From Podarcis tiliguerta (lineage: Eukaryota), in NCBI GenBank assembly GCA_965153285.1, contig OZ229113.1: a stretch of DNA of 64,000 bases; one strand, 5' to 3'. The notes under the pieces are model-generated. The model was not told the DNA's origin. It worked only from the letters and a program-made list of their open reading frames with translations, and did no database searches. A program made the position numbers and the translations under genes. Shown here in pieces: positions 49,358-63,089 of the stretch (within the stretch, counting starts at the first letter, position 1; each line of letters opens with the position of its first letter).

Positions 49358-50859
49358 GTTGATATTACACAATCCTGATGCTTCCCCTCAATTTCTGGAC
49401 AAAATGAAAGCAGCTTTGTCCTTCGTGCTGAAAACAGAGGTAGAGAGATGTGAGGAGTTAAGTAACAGGGTCAGATTTTTTTAAAAAGAAAGCCGCTGGG
49501 TCTGACAGTCTGCATTTCTCATCCTGACATGCTAAGGCAAGACGTCACCAGCTGCAGGGCCAGAGAGTCGTAGATGCCTCTTTGATTCAAAGTTCAAGGC
49601 TCTCATGCCATATACATCTACCTGAGAAAGCAGCGGTGTAATACAGAAACTGCCACAATGTACTGAAGGGGCTTTTTCCTTTCAGGAGATACATACATTT
49701 GGAAATGCATTTTTAAGTCTCAGTGGAATTATTTCTGTTGACAAAACAGGGCTGATGTGTTGAAGTGAAGCACTGATAAGAGTACTAGAAAACACTTTGC
49801 TTGCCCTTATCTCAAGCTATTTGTGAACCTGCCAAACTGGAAAGTGTTCAAGTTTTCTGTCTCTCTCCCTCTTTCCTCCTCTACTTAAGTTATACAAAAT
49901 TGCTATTACAACACAGAATAGCTAGTGGAGTTTAAAAGACAGCAACAGCTTTTGACAATAAACATTAATGCAACACAGCCTTCACCATTTTGAACTGTCC
50001 ATCTGGCCCTGCCTGCATAGTTGTGCTGACTGCGGTATGGTGGGAGTTGAGCCCTATCATCTAGACAGCATTAAGTTGGCAAAGGCTGCTTGCTGGAGCT
50101 GTTGTCCAAAGCAATTGGAGAACCCTAGGTTGGCGAAGGCCAATGTACTATGCTTTCTTTTTAGAGGACAAGCAATTTGTATTGTTCTTCCACTGACCTT
50201 GCTCTGATGCTATCAGAGATGGTACTTAAGGGCAGATCATCCAATTTACAGTGGCTGATTCAAATGTCAGCAGCTCAGCTTTGTCTTTCAAAGCAGCCAT
50301 ATGCTTATTATGTCAACTTCATTTCATATGCAAAGCGACTTGCAATCTCTACCCAGTTTGACCTCACATACCGTTAATGCCATATAAATGTTAAATAGCA
50401 ATAATTCCAGCAGTAGTGCTGTAATTAGCAGAAATGCCTCGCCCAGCCATCCAAGGAGTCGTTCACACCTTTCACTGGGATTTTAAACCAAGTAAAACTC
50501 TTTAAGAACTAGAATTCAGGAGCTCTCCAATCCCCGCCCCCCCGCACATGGGCCAAAAATAACACTATTTTATTCATTTGTTTATCATATTTGTAAAAGT
50601 ATGGGAATTTGCTACTGTGACTAAGCTAACTCACTATTTGAGAAGCAAAGAAAGGAAACAAAGCTCACATTTTAAATGACTTGATTCTTAAATTTAATTT
50701 TGCATTATATCACGGGGTGGAACCCAAACATATGGATAACCATATTTTGATATTTGATTCAGGTAGGTAGCCGTGTTGGTCTGATGCAGTTGAAATAAAT
50801 AAAAAAATCGAGAAATTGTCCAGTAGTACCTTAGAGACCAACTAAGTTTGTTCTGGGTA

Positions 50860-51068
50860 CAGTCATACCTTGTTTTGCGATGGGGATCTGTTCTGCAGCC
50901 CCGGCCGCTAGCCGAAAAGGATGCAGGGCAAAGCGCACAGTGATTTGTGCTTCTGCGCATGCGCGAGCGGCAAACCCAGAAGTAACCCATTCCGGTACTT
51001 CCGGGTTTGCCATGGACATTCGCTGGAATGGACACTAGACGAGGTGAATGTTTGCAAAGGTATTACTG
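50860..51068. mobile_element. Tigger-like MITE, family C, nested in the Penelope-like repeat
   Basis: TA|cagtcatacct ... aggtattactg|TA; removing it and one TA restores the arm. Confidence 0.85.
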
Positions 51069-51105
51069 TATAAGTTTTTGTGTGCATACATGCTTCATCA
51101 GATTG

Positions 51106-51144
51106 TTATCTGAAGAAGTGTGCATGCACACGAAAACTTATACC
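51106..51144 (+). ncRNA. Minimal hammerhead-ribozyme-like core (Penelope-associated), probably degenerate
   Basis: CUGAAGA - A - stem II GUGUGC/AU/GCACAC - GAAA - AC - UU - AUAC. A second copy on the minus strand at ~51069-51103 has CUGAUGA but AAAA in place of GAAA. Confidence 0.55.
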
Positions 51145-51348
51145 CAGAACAAATTTAGTTGGTCTCTAAGGTGCTACTGGACAATTTATTAATTTATTAA
51201 TTTAGTTCATATTTTGATATATTCAGGGTTGAGACTCTTTATTATCAGTATTTTTTTTATTATGATTGATTATAAATGAGTAATTATATGGAAATAGCAT
51301 GATCTATCATGATCAGATATAATAGATGGTATATCCTCAAGCTTGTTA

Positions 51349-51515
51349 AGGTAAAGGTAAAGGGACCCCTGACCATTAGGTCCAGTCGTGACCATCTCTG
51401 GGGTTGCGGCGCTCATCTCGCTTTATTTATCACCTCGTCGCGGGGATTTGAACCGCCGACCTTCTGATCGGCAAGTCCTAGGCTCTGTGGTAAACCACAG
51501 CGCCACCCGTGTCCC
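51349..51515 (-). mobile_element. Sauria SINE with large internal deletion
   Basis: Head and tail intact, middle missing (junction at ctttatttatcacc); degenerate TSD cctcaagcttgtta (51335-51348) / cttcaagtttgcta (51516-51529). Confidence 0.88.
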
Positions 51516-52663
51516 CTTCAAGTTTGCTACATTGTGTATTAAAAAGAATTTTCTTGCTTTGTTTGCATTTAGAAAAACAGTACACAGTTTTGTGTGGTAA
51601 CAAAACACACATCTTTCCTTCATCTGAACATAGAGATGCCACCAACCTGCGAAGAAAAGCAAATGAAGACATCTGCTGTAGCTCACTGAAACAATACAGC
51701 TATACATTGTCCTTCCAGCAATTAGAATTTCAAGTTGAGCATAAAACTATTCCTGCCTGTTAATATTTCACAAGATTATCCGGCTGATTTGATTTATTAC
51801 AACAGCGCTAGAACTTTTACACTCAGTTATCATGTCTCGTAATGAACTGTAGAGTTCATATCTGCACAGACTAGCAACTAATTAGAGAGACCTCCTCTTG
51901 AACCAGATATATTAATGCAAAGTTGTGTTGTTAATGGGTTCCAGATGGTAGGACGGCTGTGGGATTGAGTTCTGAGAGCAGTCTGATTTTCTGGATCAAA
52001 CTGGATGTGATGGGTATCAAAAGGGTACTTTCCCTCTGCTGCACAATTGTGATAGGTGAGTCAGATTGTTTTAGATTGCCAGAGTGCTACAATATCTATC
52101 TGCTAAAAAAATAATAATTATAGCTGCTAAAAACTTCTTCTATAGTGCTCAGTGCTGTGGTGTAGATTTGGTAGGTTGTGGGTGCAATAATTGGTACCGA
52201 TTCCCCCTCCAGCCTCTTCTGCTGTTTCGTTTCATAGAAAAGCCTGATGTTATTATCTCATTGAGTGCTTTCTGTGGCTTGCTTTAATTCATTTCCTGCC
52301 AATGTCACTGAATAGTATAAATTGCACTGTAGCTAGAGGTTCCCCATGAAGAGTATTTCAAGTGCTTTCGAGAATTTGATGCGGCTGAACACAATCCATA
52401 TTTTACAGCCTTCCCCGTACTTGGTGCTCTCTAGATGTTTTGGACTATAACACCCATCAATCCCAGTCAGCATGGCCAGTGGTTAGGAATGGAAGCTGTA
52501 GTCCCACAACATCTAGAGGACCTCAGGGTGGAGAGATTTGGTGTATTACCTTACATGATATGGGTGGTATACAAAGCCCCTGCTTGAACATTGTAAGAAC
52601 AACAGATCTCAGTGGTGGCAATGTAAGGAATGGACAAGCAGCAAGACGGATAACCACCAGGTG

Positions 52664-52667
<4 letters not shown>

Positions 52668-52702
<35 letters not shown>
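52668..52702. repeat. (GT)n microsatellite
   Basis: Seen directly; another (GT)n at 37456-37480. Confidence 0.95.
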
Positions 52703-52704
<2 letters not shown>

Positions 52705-53149
52705 ATGTGCTTATTTCCATTCCAGTGCCCAACAAAGAGGTGATGTTCCGGAAGGGAAAGGAACCACATAAACATAGTTGCTGCTTAAATACTAAGATAG
52801 TATGTAAAAATGACCCTTCAGGCCTGAGTTAAGATAGCACCCTGGGTGCAATCTTTCTCTGACATTAAACTCTCATCCTTTCTTACTTTGGGCTGATTGG
52901 GAAATCTGCTCATGTAACTTTCTTCTGATAAGACCTTTACACATGACACCTCTTAGTCAAATGCATGGGCTCCCTGCTTTTTCCAGCAGAGAAGCTGGGT
53001 GATTTAGTGAATGGCTGAGTAGGGGACTGAGTTACTGATTGGCTGAAAGTATGACTGAGAGACTAACTGGCAGACTGAGTGATCATGTGACTGGCTGAGT
53101 GAAGGAGAAAATGACTGGCTTTGTTACTGAGGGAGTATTAAATATTTAT

Positions 53150-53390
53150 TTTTCCCCCAATACCTTTTTGCCGCACAACGCTCTCACCATATATGATAAA
53201 AAAACTTCTCTTTTTGACACTTCTAGCATACGTTTGGGCAATTTCTATTTGTTTTGATGGTCATTTCTAGGCTTATATACCATTTGTCAAGATTTTTTGA
53301 AAATTTCTTCTCGTAGCCATACTTAATAAAAAGTTCCTTCCAGATTGTTATTGAGATATTTGCATCTAATGTTAAGTTCCCAGAGTTCCA
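53150..53390 (-). mobile_element. L1-clade ORF2 C-terminal zinc-knuckle remnant
   Basis: Minus-strand translation KWYISLEMTIKTNRNCPNVC*KCQKEKFFYHIW*ERCAAKRYWG fits the reptile L1 pattern WY..P......CWKC.....F.H.WW.C.....FW. Confidence 0.7.
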
Positions 53391-53439
53391 CCCCCCCCAC
53401 TAGGATTTTTATTCAAATACTATGCTCCATTTCACCATA

Positions 53440-53798
53440 GGTAAAGGTAAAGGTACCCCTGCCCGTACGGGCCAGTCTTGCCAGACTCTGGGGTTGTGCG
53501 CTCATCTCACTCTATAGGCCGGGAGCCAGCGCTGTCCGCAGACACTTCCAGGTCACGTGGCCAGCGTGACAAGCTGCATCTGGCGAGCCAGCGCAGCACA
53601 CGGAACGCCGTTTACCTTCCCGCTGGTAAGCGGTCCCTATTTATTTACTTGCACCCGGAGGTGTTTTCGAACTGCTAGGTTGGCAGGCGCTGGGACCGAA
53701 CGATGGGAGCGCACCCCGCTGCGGGGATTCGAACCGCCGACCATGCGATCGGCAAGTCCTAGGCGCTGAGGTTTTACCCACAGTGCCACCCGCGTCCC
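53440..53798 (-). mobile_element. Full-length Sauria SINE, same young subfamily as 4876-5236
   Basis: Diagnostic tail ggtacccctgcccgtacgggcc; perfect 11-bp TSD atttcaccata (53429-53439 / 53799-53809). Confidence 0.95.
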
Positions 53799-55047
53799 AT
53801 TTCACCATACATCTCTCTATATGTCTGAATTAAAAGATGGACAGACATTAAAAGGTATTACCTGTAAGAGAGGTCAGAGAAGAACAACAGATGGAATCAT
53901 GCCTGAAAGAGTATGGTTAGGAGGTGGGGCAGGGAGCCATCTGCAATAACTCACAGAGACTCCATTTTGATAGGTAAGTACTTTGAGCCCCAAGTAATAT
54001 GTCTGTATTGTGCAGTATTTAATCTTTGGTTTTTTCCCCATCTAGCTTGTGTGATTCATATGATCACATGAGAGAGCTAGAAAATATGAAGCAAATTTGT
54101 CTTGGATGCTTAGTAATAAGCCAGCCCACAAGGAGAACCAAATCATGGAGTCCTTGAAATCAGGCACATAACTTAATTAATGTGCAATGTCCCTGAAAAA
54201 TTGTCTGATTCTATTAATAGAAAAACCTTATCTCAAAGGAATAAACAATCACTTAGCCAAAGCTATTTCTGCCCCCCTGCCCCAAATCTGGTTCTCTGTT
54301 CCCTGATAACAAAGGCCAAGATTTAAAGAAAGTGTTGTTTACTGAAATGAGACAGTAATATATTCACTGAAATCCAGTCTTCAGTGGAAAACTATAAATA
54401 CAAAGGTAATTAACATCAATCATAATAAACAATGGAAGTGTGTGTTATCAGCAAGTGATAGCAGAGGCTGCAATAATTCACGACAGTTCAGTCTTTATAA
54501 AGCCTTAGATGCAGTATCACACATCCTTGTTGCCTGCTCTGAGGTTGCATTTCTTTCTGCTGTTAGCCAATCTTGAAGCTTCATAGAAAATGATGAGCTC
54601 ATAAGGTTTTGCTAGCTACTGTGAGGCAACAAGAACATAGGTACCTGTCACCTTCTAGTTTGGAGTTCTTATGAGAGGTACCTGTTGGGATGTTAAATGG
54701 AGGCACACCTGAGTTACCATAGCTTGCTGTATAGCTATTACCTAGTGTAAAATGGAAATATGGTTTCCCCTCGTCTCCCACCTGGAGATGTTGCTAAATG
54801 GTCACACTCTAGTACTTTTGTTCTCCCAGCCCAATTCCACTTTCCTCCCCCGCCCCCTTGGCTAAGAAGCATACAAAAAGTGTTGAGGAGTGCTCAAATC
54901 TTCTCTGATATTTGCTGACTGCTCGGCCATCATGAGCACTTGGGGAACAGTGGGGCAGATCAATGCACTTTCCCCTGTTTCCTTAGCACTCATGAAAACT
55001 TCCCTAAATGTTCCCAGTTCAGGTGCTGCTGTGACCACAATCCATGT

Positions 55048-55158
55048 TCTCAGATGGCTGTAGGTTCGAGCCCCACATTGAGCAAAAGATTTCTGCATTG
55101 CAGGGGGGTGGATTAGATTACCCTCGTGGTCCCTTCCAACTTGACAACTGTACTATTC
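55048..55158 (+). mobile_element. tRNA-Lys/CR1-tail SINE, 5'-eroded copy
   Basis: ggttcgagccccacattgagcaaaagatttctgcattgcaggggg...ggtcccttccaac. Confidence 0.8.
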
Positions 55159-58100
55159 GTTGGCTCTTGGAGGTTACAAGCAGCTCTGTTTTTCATTTTG
55201 CTGCTGCCAACATTACCGTTGTGCCACAGGCAAATTTGGTAGTATTATTGTTATTATTTTTATATCACCCTTCACCCATGGTTCACAGGGCAGTTTACAA
55301 TGCAAAATACTGGTGGCACTATTGATAACCATGATAGAACACTTTTGAAGGACTGATCTCACTCTCTTTCTCTGATCTGATGCCAATTTTTTTTAAGAAA
55401 ATTGCTAAGGAAATGGGGAGAGGGAGGAATGTCGTATCAGCTGAGACTGAGACATTTTCTTAAGGCTTTAATACACAAAATCAGAATTAGGGAAAGAGGG
55501 CCTTGATCTCCTGTTTAAACTGAGCACTTATAAAAGTTTGATGGGGTAAGATGACTCTCATGCTTTTTGTAATGCAAAATAAGAAGATGAAAGTGCTGTT
55601 ATTTATAGGATGTCAGCTTTGTTGGAAAACTTCAGCACCTAACTTAAAAAAACAACATGTGTGCAAATGGCATTCAGAGTGTCAACAGTTTGTGGTGTTT
55701 AACTTAAAATAAGACTTCGGTATATAACCATAGCCATCTCCTTTAATTTCAAATTCTTCTTCAGAGTCAGCAGTTACCAGTTGTTGATAAAACACCTTGT
55801 AAGAGGAAATCTGCATTATGTCTCTGAAGACGGAGATAAAGGTGATGAGTTATATATACTTTTTGCAGATACATAAATTGAAACACCACGTTCAAGTCTG
55901 ACAAAGTCATAAAGATGCTTGATGTTAGAACTCAGATGATATCATAGGCATGCTCAATATACTCTCATATGGACAGCACATTGAGATCTTCCAGGTTTAT
56001 TGTGAAGCAAATTGCCACCTATCATGAAGATGCTGTGAGTGTTGATGTGATAGCGGTGAAGTTTGCAAAATGTTTACGATTTAGTAACTGTCACTGTTCA
56101 AAGTCTATTCCCTTCCAAATTTCTTGCCGTCGGAACTACCTTTTATAAAATAATTACTCTATTTCTTTCATTATGGCCAGATTGTGATTAATGAATAGGC
56201 ATGCATTTAAAGATTTGCTATAGTATGTTATGATTTGTGCAACAGTTTTAATGGAAAATCAATAAACTATCCATAGAGGAGACAGGATATGCGGTGATGC
56301 AGAAATCTGTCAGATATAATTCTATTTTAGAGTACCGCAGGAATGCATTTCTCTCATGTTCATATTTGGGTGGTAGGAAAGAATTTCCCTCTGAAAGCTA
56401 AAAACTGGTGTTTCAGAGAGATGAGTTCATGTTGGTCTACATCTCCAGCACTTCGCATCAGAAAGAGCATTTTTGTTGGATGACTCTTACATGGAGACCT
56501 AAGGTTTGGGTTGGGAGGTTAACTTTTCAAAGAATCAAAAATGGTGTCAAAGCTGCAGCCAATCACAGATCTAAATACATTAATAATGGAAGAGATCTGC
56601 TGCCACCTGAATACTGGTGAATGTTCTACCATGGCTGCAGGTTGCTTATTGGTAATCAGCCTTCCTTCTGCAATGCCTATCCCAATAGGCAGGAGGAGAA
56701 CAGAAAAGGGTCCCTTGAAAGTTCTCTGAACAGATGGTGTGCATTTCTCAGAGGGATAAAATGTTCGTGACATTTTAGCTCAGCCCTAGCTTGGAATCAA
56801 TGTTTTTTGGTCACTTTACAATGCCTGGGAACATTCTTTAAATAGTTTCTAAAATTATTTCCTCTTCTGAAGAAAGGAAGACCAAAGCAGCGCATTTGCC
56901 TTTTATTTTTAATAACATAATAAGTTGTCCTTTCTCTGCTTTTTCAGTGTTTTAGTAAGAAATAGTATTATGGAAGTGAACTAAATTAGTGAGCTTAGGT
57001 AATGTCTTACTATTTTGTATTAATTCTAATGACAGTTCCATTCCTGAAATTTGCAGCAGCATTGTATTAACTTTTCAAATATGCCAGTTTTTCTTCTTCC
57101 TGTAATTCCCCCAAATTATACCCTTTCAGTCATAAAATGGTGCCTGGGCTTTGTATTTCTAATGAACTTTTAAGTTAGATCTTTATCAACTTTAAACTAC
57201 TTTGGATGAACTTCATTCTTTTCTCTTTCTGATTGTGTGGTATGTACTGAATTCCCAGATGAAGTTGGGATTGGTAAGTGTAAGTGACCTTAGAGAACAT
57301 CTATCTGCCTAAATTTACTCATAGTTGCACCCTCCCCAGTCCCTGTCTATGAGCCCTCAGCAAAGATACCTGGTTTTCCCCTTCCTGCTCTTAGACAGTG
57401 AACAGTAATAAATACCAATTAAAAAACCACTTGCAGTGCCAATGGAAAGGAAGCCAGGAATGCATAACAGAACTTCCAGTCACCATCACTCAGTATCTCA
57501 CCTAAGGCAAAGGTTTTGCTTATGGCTCCTTTCTCTCTGTTGCCCTTGCACCGTGAAAGACCTGAGCCCTGGAAAGATATGAATAAGGAGCACATAGCCA
57601 GACAATGATCAACCCAATTGCCAGCAATCAGAGGGAAGGAGTTAGGATGAAAGTTAATGAGAACATCCACAATGACCTAATAAGAATTGAGGTTGTGGGG
57701 AGTACATGCTCTCAGAGTGCATTAGAAGCAGCTCTAATGTAATTACATTTTATTATTTGATGTAAGATGCCTTGGGGTTCCCTCTGGATTGAAAAATGGG
57801 ATAGAAATTAATAAGTCTAACATATAAATCAAGTTTAATTTAGTTATTCATTGGACCATGCTGAAAGGAGCCTATGCAACATGGTGGATTACATATGTTG
57901 AGCAGCAGAAAGGAAGGTAGGGTAGCCACATGTCCTATTTTAAAGTCCTCTATCTGAAGGGAACAGTCCTCTTTTTGAAGAGGTTCTCTGTCTGAAGAGC
58001 TGGTCCATGCCCAGTATAGAAATAAAGAACCATAAGAAGGGAAAGGAGGGGCATTGAAGTAGCCCAACAATGGTTAGCAACTGAAAAGCAAGATGAGCAA

Positions 58101-61100
58101 GCACACAAGAGTCTGCCCCACTATGATAAGATATATTATATTCCTGGTCAAATTGCAGTAATTATTTCTAAATTAGAATCTTATGCATCAGTGGTGTGGG
58201 GCATAACCACTACAAGCATCAGTGGTGTGGGCAGGAATATCTCCCACTACTTTGTGATCCCCCAAATATTCTTTCATCATGTCAGGTGGGACATCTGAAC
58301 CCCTTTCGTATCTGAGAGATGTTCTGTCAACCACATTATCTCTTCTCCCAATGCTACCATCTCCATGTTTTCATGAACCAAGTGTTGAAGCGAAACCAAG
58401 AAGGAACAAACTGAACATGTGAACAATACAAAGAAAAGACTTGCTAGCATATGCCTAACAGAGAGTCCTGAACGGCTGTCTTTGGCCACTAGGCCTGAGC
58501 TTCCCCACCCCAACCTATTGAGTGTATGTGGATAAGATTTCAGCCTTCAAATCTCTCCTCACTTTGAATTCTACAGTAGTGTTTCTTCTCAAGGTTGTGG
58601 GTTAAGCAGAGTCAGCACAATTTTTCTTCACATGAAAGAAATTAGTGGAATTGGAGTGGACTTGAAGCACCACTAAATTACGCTGAGGGACATGCTTTCC
58701 ATTAAACGGCATACTTTCACCACCATTCCAGCAAGAGCAATATATATTTCCAAAACTTACTTTATGGTTCTGCTTATCTAGATGCATTACTTCTTTGGGC
58801 TTCTTTCTGCCAGGCTGAGAATGAGGATCAATTATCCCATTCTTACGTGAAGTGATCAGTATGAGGAGTTGGCTGGTTCCCAATTTTGTGCTGCGAAACA
58901 CATTCTTGTTTCGTACTGAACCACAACAATCATTCACTTATACATAAATGCACGCACCTCATGGCACAATAAGCAATGCGCGTTCCAATAAATGAATAAA
59001 ACTTTATAATAGAACAATGATACAAATTCTCACCCAAAAGCCAAACCAGCAGATAGGAATGTTGTGATGCCAAACACAGAAACTCATTTATACATCAGAT
59101 CTAAAGCAACCTTGGAAAGTTACCAACCAACCAGGCGCCATGAAACAGCAGAGGCAATACAGGCAGTGACCATTTCATGTGGCGGTTCCATTCCCAGCCC
59201 CTGTGCATGTCAGCAGAGCTCGTATAAGAATGCCATGCTCCATTAAGCCATGCCCCACCCCATTACACCCCCATTCTGCCCTCACGTTTTGCCTTCATCC
59301 AAAAGGATGCATCCACTATGCTTTAGTCATACTTGGAATTCTGTCAATTGATCTGGTTGCTCCATCTCAAAAGGTTGCCCAACAGCTGCAAAAAGGTATA
59401 GAAAGTGGCAACCAAAATACTCTGATGAATGCAGGAGTCCCCTGTTAAGTCCCAGGAACCAGTTGGGCTGTTAGAAAAAGCAGCTGAAAGATTGGTGGGG
59501 GTTGTTTTTGCTAATAAATGCATTAGTTGCAGTGTGCAGATGTGACTAGATTGGATGAACAGCTCTCAGGGATCAATTAGATATAAATGGGACTGCCTAA
59601 GAACAGAGGGACACGCCAGATAATCCTCCAAGACGTATTTCAGACCCAACAAATGATTCTCTGTCCTTGTCCTTTTATATAGCCTTTCTTACAAAGAAAA
59701 GAAAAAAAAAACCACCTCCCTCTGGCTCTCTAATTGCTTTTGTCGCTATTCTTTGAACCTTTCTCCAAATTGCTAATAACTTTCAGGTGATGAGGATGCC
59801 AGGAGCCGAATGTGCTTGTAGCAAGAGCTGTGTTTTGCATTTAGCATGCAGAAGCTGTATTAACTTAACCCATCATTCAGGGACAAAGAACACTGTAAGA
59901 GACCGTTGCAGTTCAGGTATTTTAGATCTTGAAACCTGGATGTGGGAGAAATACAGCGGTGAGCGCCATCCACAATTCCATTAGCAAACCTGGCTTGCTT
60001 TGCTGGAGGAAAGCTCTCTGGCTCTGGAGAAGCAGAAACCTGCACTTTGCAGTCTGATAAAGACTACCAGTGAAAGCAAGTGCGGAGGGGAAACACTCCT
60101 ATCTGCTTAAAACCAGGATCATTATTTTTTTTTACGTGATTTTAATGAGAATGTGGTGTGATCTGTTGAGATAACATGGAAGCTAAACCACCAACGCACT
60201 GGCCTAGTCCATTTATACTGCAATAAAAATAACGTCACCAAAACTGAAAAAGTGCACCATCTCTCTCCTTCCAATTATTTTGCATTAAAATGCTGGCTCC
60301 TTCCTTCCGACAATTGAAGCATTTGTTTTGTCTCTCCCTTTCCCCCCAAATTCATTTGAAAAATTAACAGACATTTTGCTGATTATACACCTGCCAAGAA
60401 GTTCACAAAAGGCATCCCTTGGAAGGATGGATTCAAAGTCAGCTTCACACACTGTTTGGTTTACTTGTGCTGCTGGGGTACAGTTCACATTTTCCTTTAG
60501 CATCAGTTAGGCTTCAATCCTGTACTCACTTACATGAGAGTCCCACTGAAGGAAGGAAGATACATTTTTATTTCTTTATTATTTACTGCAGGTATTTCCC
60601 ATTTTCCCACTAGAAAATGCCCTTTATAGATTTTTGTTTTGACATTGTTGGTGGCAGTTCAGATAACAGATTTACCAATAACACCATACACCAAGGTATT
60701 ATTACACCAAGCTGAATGCAACCCACCAGCCACGCAGAGTGGTGTGCCAGACACTCAATGCCTCACATACAGTTTTTCAAGTCACAGCAGAACCATTTGA
60801 CTCCAACTGTGCTACTTTATAGGATTGGTGGACTATGATTGGTTTGGTTTGTCAACTGGAATAAAATTTGAATTATGTAATCCAGGCCACTTCCAACCTG
60901 CTGGTAATTTGCAGCTATGATTCAATCACAATAAATCAAATTTAAGTTGTGCAAATTAATTGGATCTAGCACACTTGCACCACAAATCAATTTTGAAAAA
61001 AATATGTGGTAGGTAAAGTATTGGAAGGTCTGTGAAAACAGTGATGTCATATAATCTCTGCACAAAAAAGAGAGAATAAACAGACATCATATAATCACTA

Positions 61101-63089
61101 CACAAATTTTGTGCAAATGAATCAGGATGAATGCTCAATAAACAGGTTTGTCTAAAAGAGCCCCAAGTGTGTTTTTATGCATCATTATCATCTAGCTTTA
61201 TGAAACAACGTAGGAGTTTTATAGGACTGAATAAAGGGATTCTGGATTGGAAATTACAATTTTGGTTTAACTCCTACATTAAAAAAATCAAGTTAAGTTG
61301 AATACAAATATGTAGATGCTGGGACATTTAATGATGTCTAGGATATTTAATGGATATTGTACATGAGCTGAGTTTTAACAGGGGTGTTCAAGGAAATAAT
61401 CTGGTGTACGCATTTGCTACATCTCTTTGAAACACACAACTGCCTTCCTACCCAGTGGGATTCCAAATTTCCCATTTAAAGACCCCACTGGCCTTTAAAA
61501 CACTTATCTCCAACACCATGGCTTGACTACAGAGAGAATAATTGCTTCTTCAGAGAGATGCTGACCTTTCGTTTAAAAGAAAGTTATTGCCATATTTTAT
61601 TTTATTTTATTGCTTCTCATATTCACAATATTCTAAAGACACACAACCAAAATTTGACTAGTTCCTGCCCCACCTCTGTGTAGGGTTGGGTTTTTTTTAA
61701 AAAAAACAGTTTTGATTTGCTTCTCCTCTTCCTCCTTTTAATGCCATCTCTTCCTTTTCAAGAATCCGGTTGCTCCTTCCTGTTTCTACCTGTGTGCTTG
61801 ATCTGACATCCTCCCTTCAACTCCACTCAGTTTCCATCTGCCCATCCCTCCTGCCTCTTAACTCTTCCTAAGCACAGTCTATCTCATCCCTAATTAACCT
61901 TTCAGTTTCCTTCAAGATTCTACACAGCTTATACATATTCTGTAGCTCTTACCCTCCAGGAAAGTCAGGGATAGTCAATGTGGTGATATTCTGGACTACA
62001 ACTCACATCATCACTGAGCATGGGCCACGCTGGCTGGAGCTGATGGGTTTTTTAAATCCAGAACATCTGGAGGGCTCTGCTTTGGCTGATCCCTGGTTAA
62101 GCAATTAGAGCATCTGTCAATGTTTCGTGAATCTGACAACAGTTCTGGGCTCTCTGCAGCAACTAGTCTTTACCTTGGGCCAAATACCCCTAACACTACA
62201 TGCCCGAAGTGTTTATTTTGTTTGAACTAATAAGTATGGACAGAAATAAATCTGTGCTGTGTTAATTTTTTCCTCCCTGTGAAAAAAGATGATTTTTAAA
62301 ATTATTTTAATTGTTTTGGGCCCAAGGCTGAAGAGGACATCTTAACTCCCATCTCACTGACACTGATGATTAAGATCATAGTTCAGAAGCAAGCATAGCA
62401 CATGCAGCAGTGAGATCCTGACTCAGTCATTGATATCTCCCCACTAAAAGATTTCAGCCAGAAGAGTTGGGATAAGCTTCTTCCTGTCAACTTGAAAAGC
62501 TGCTGTCAAACTGGATAACAAAATGGGCTAGATTGTCTGATTGAGACTAAGACAGCACCTCACTCTTGCATGAAGGCTTCAGTACATGGTCAGCTGAAAC
62601 ATGGGTCGATTTTCATAAGAACATGATGCTTAGGTCTGGTCATGTGATCTGGGTCCGCAAGACTAACTTGAATGAACACTACCCAGTTTCTGTGATGAAA
62701 GGTGGCAATAGCCTGCTGACATCACAAGTAGGTAAACTGAAATAAAAGGTTTCAGACTGAGGTATTAATAATGTAAAGCAGGGATAGGGAACCTGTGGTC
62801 ACCCCAAAGTTGTTGGATGCCAACTCTTGTCACCTCTGAGCCAGCATGGCCAGAGGTCAGGGATAGTGGGAGTTGGAGCCCAACTATCCATAGTGTAGAG
62901 AATTCCCAATAACAAATCTCATGAAAAAGTAAAGGATCCACCAATCTAACACTCTCCATTTCTAATATGCAGATTATATTTGAAGTTTGGTAGTATCTGC
63001 TGAATCTCGATTTTCCTTTAAAGCAGACTTATTCTAGAATCTTGCCCAACAACGTGCCACAGGCACTTACATATAATTGGCCTATTTTA

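Larger units (their letters stand above)
50756..51200. mobile_element. Penelope-like element: two terminal-repeat segments in inverted arrangement
   Basis: With the MITE removed, the left arm (aattgtccagtagtaccttagagaccaactaagtttgttctgggtataagt...) is the reverse complement of the right arm (...acttatacccagaacaaatttagttggtctctaaggtgctactggacaatt). Flanking duplication catattttgatat (50741-50753 / 51208-51220). Confidence 0.75.

Noticed and set aside
52995-53135. Repeated GACTGA/TGGCTGA words
   Set aside because: Looks like a decayed simple repeat, with no defined unit or boundaries.
58186-58230. Short direct duplications (also ~93-123, 12937-12968, 21598-21646)
   Set aside because: Ordinary 14-20 bp slippage or repair duplications with no further structure.
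58602-58937. 111-aa minus-strand ORF with a donor-like site near 58756
   Set aside because: No matching acceptor and no recognisable protein.
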